Below, in pieces: positions 32,614-32,978 of a DNA stretch of 32,978 bases. The notes under the pieces were generated by a model that saw nothing but the letters and a program-made list of their open reading frames with translations, was not told the DNA's origin and searched no databases. This stretch comes from Craspedostauros australis (lineage: Eukaryota): positions 1-32,978 of the forward strand of contig JALAGF010001754.1 of the NCBI GenBank assembly GCA_030167865.1, read 5' to 3'. A program made the translations under genes and the position numbers. The first letter of the stretch is position 1; every line of letters begins with the position of its first letter.

Positions 32614-32978
32614 TTGCGTCGAAGCCTTGGTCGGCCTTAGCGCGGAGTAATTGAAAAGCCACAGCATAATTGCATTCGTTATATGATTCTTGAGCTATCC
32701 AGCAGTGTGCTCTTGCGAAGGCAACCCATGACTTCAGTATGTGATGTTATTCGTATCAGCGTTGATGCTCTCGCTTGGGTTCTTCCGCGCAACAGTGCTG
32801 TTGCTGCAGACGTATTCTCTCGGTCGGGTGGAGCACCTTCCCTCCATCACATTCATGTTCCACTCGTTTGACCCTCCCAGTTGGTGGAGTCCGGTGTCTG
32901 GCACAAATGGATAGAGTACACGTAGATAGATGCATAGATAGTTGTCGCGGAGATGGTAGTAGTTGTCCTCTGAGTGGC

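Overview
Eukaryotic genomic DNA, most likely a pennate diatom. The evidence is GT-AG introns, bipartite plastid-targeting leaders, a cyclase-PDE fusion, a DUF6824-like protein and an Ambal-like retroelement. The first ~6.4 kb is a nested repeat/TE zone: two near-identical 178-bp modules built from a 40-bp tandem unit (488-665, 5938-6115) bracket a CpG-depleted decayed region. That region carries a 5'-truncated RNase H-bearing non-LTR retrotransposon (2512-4900) with a perfect 20-bp target-site duplication, and an inverted motif pair (250-297 / 6316-6366) encloses the whole block. The rest is gene-dense. In order: an RNI/LRR-like protein, a probably plastid-targeted 5'-nucleotidase-family metallophosphoesterase with EF-hands, a ferric reductase, RPA3, a glutathionyl-hydroquinone reductase, a lipase-like hydrolase, a PQ-loop/MPDU1-like protein, MsrB with a hydrophobic C-terminal tail, a 6-exon receptor-type cyclase-phosphodiesterase fusion, and a CRAL-TRIO-like + DUF6824-like protein. 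All family calls come from motif recognition by eye; no searches were run.
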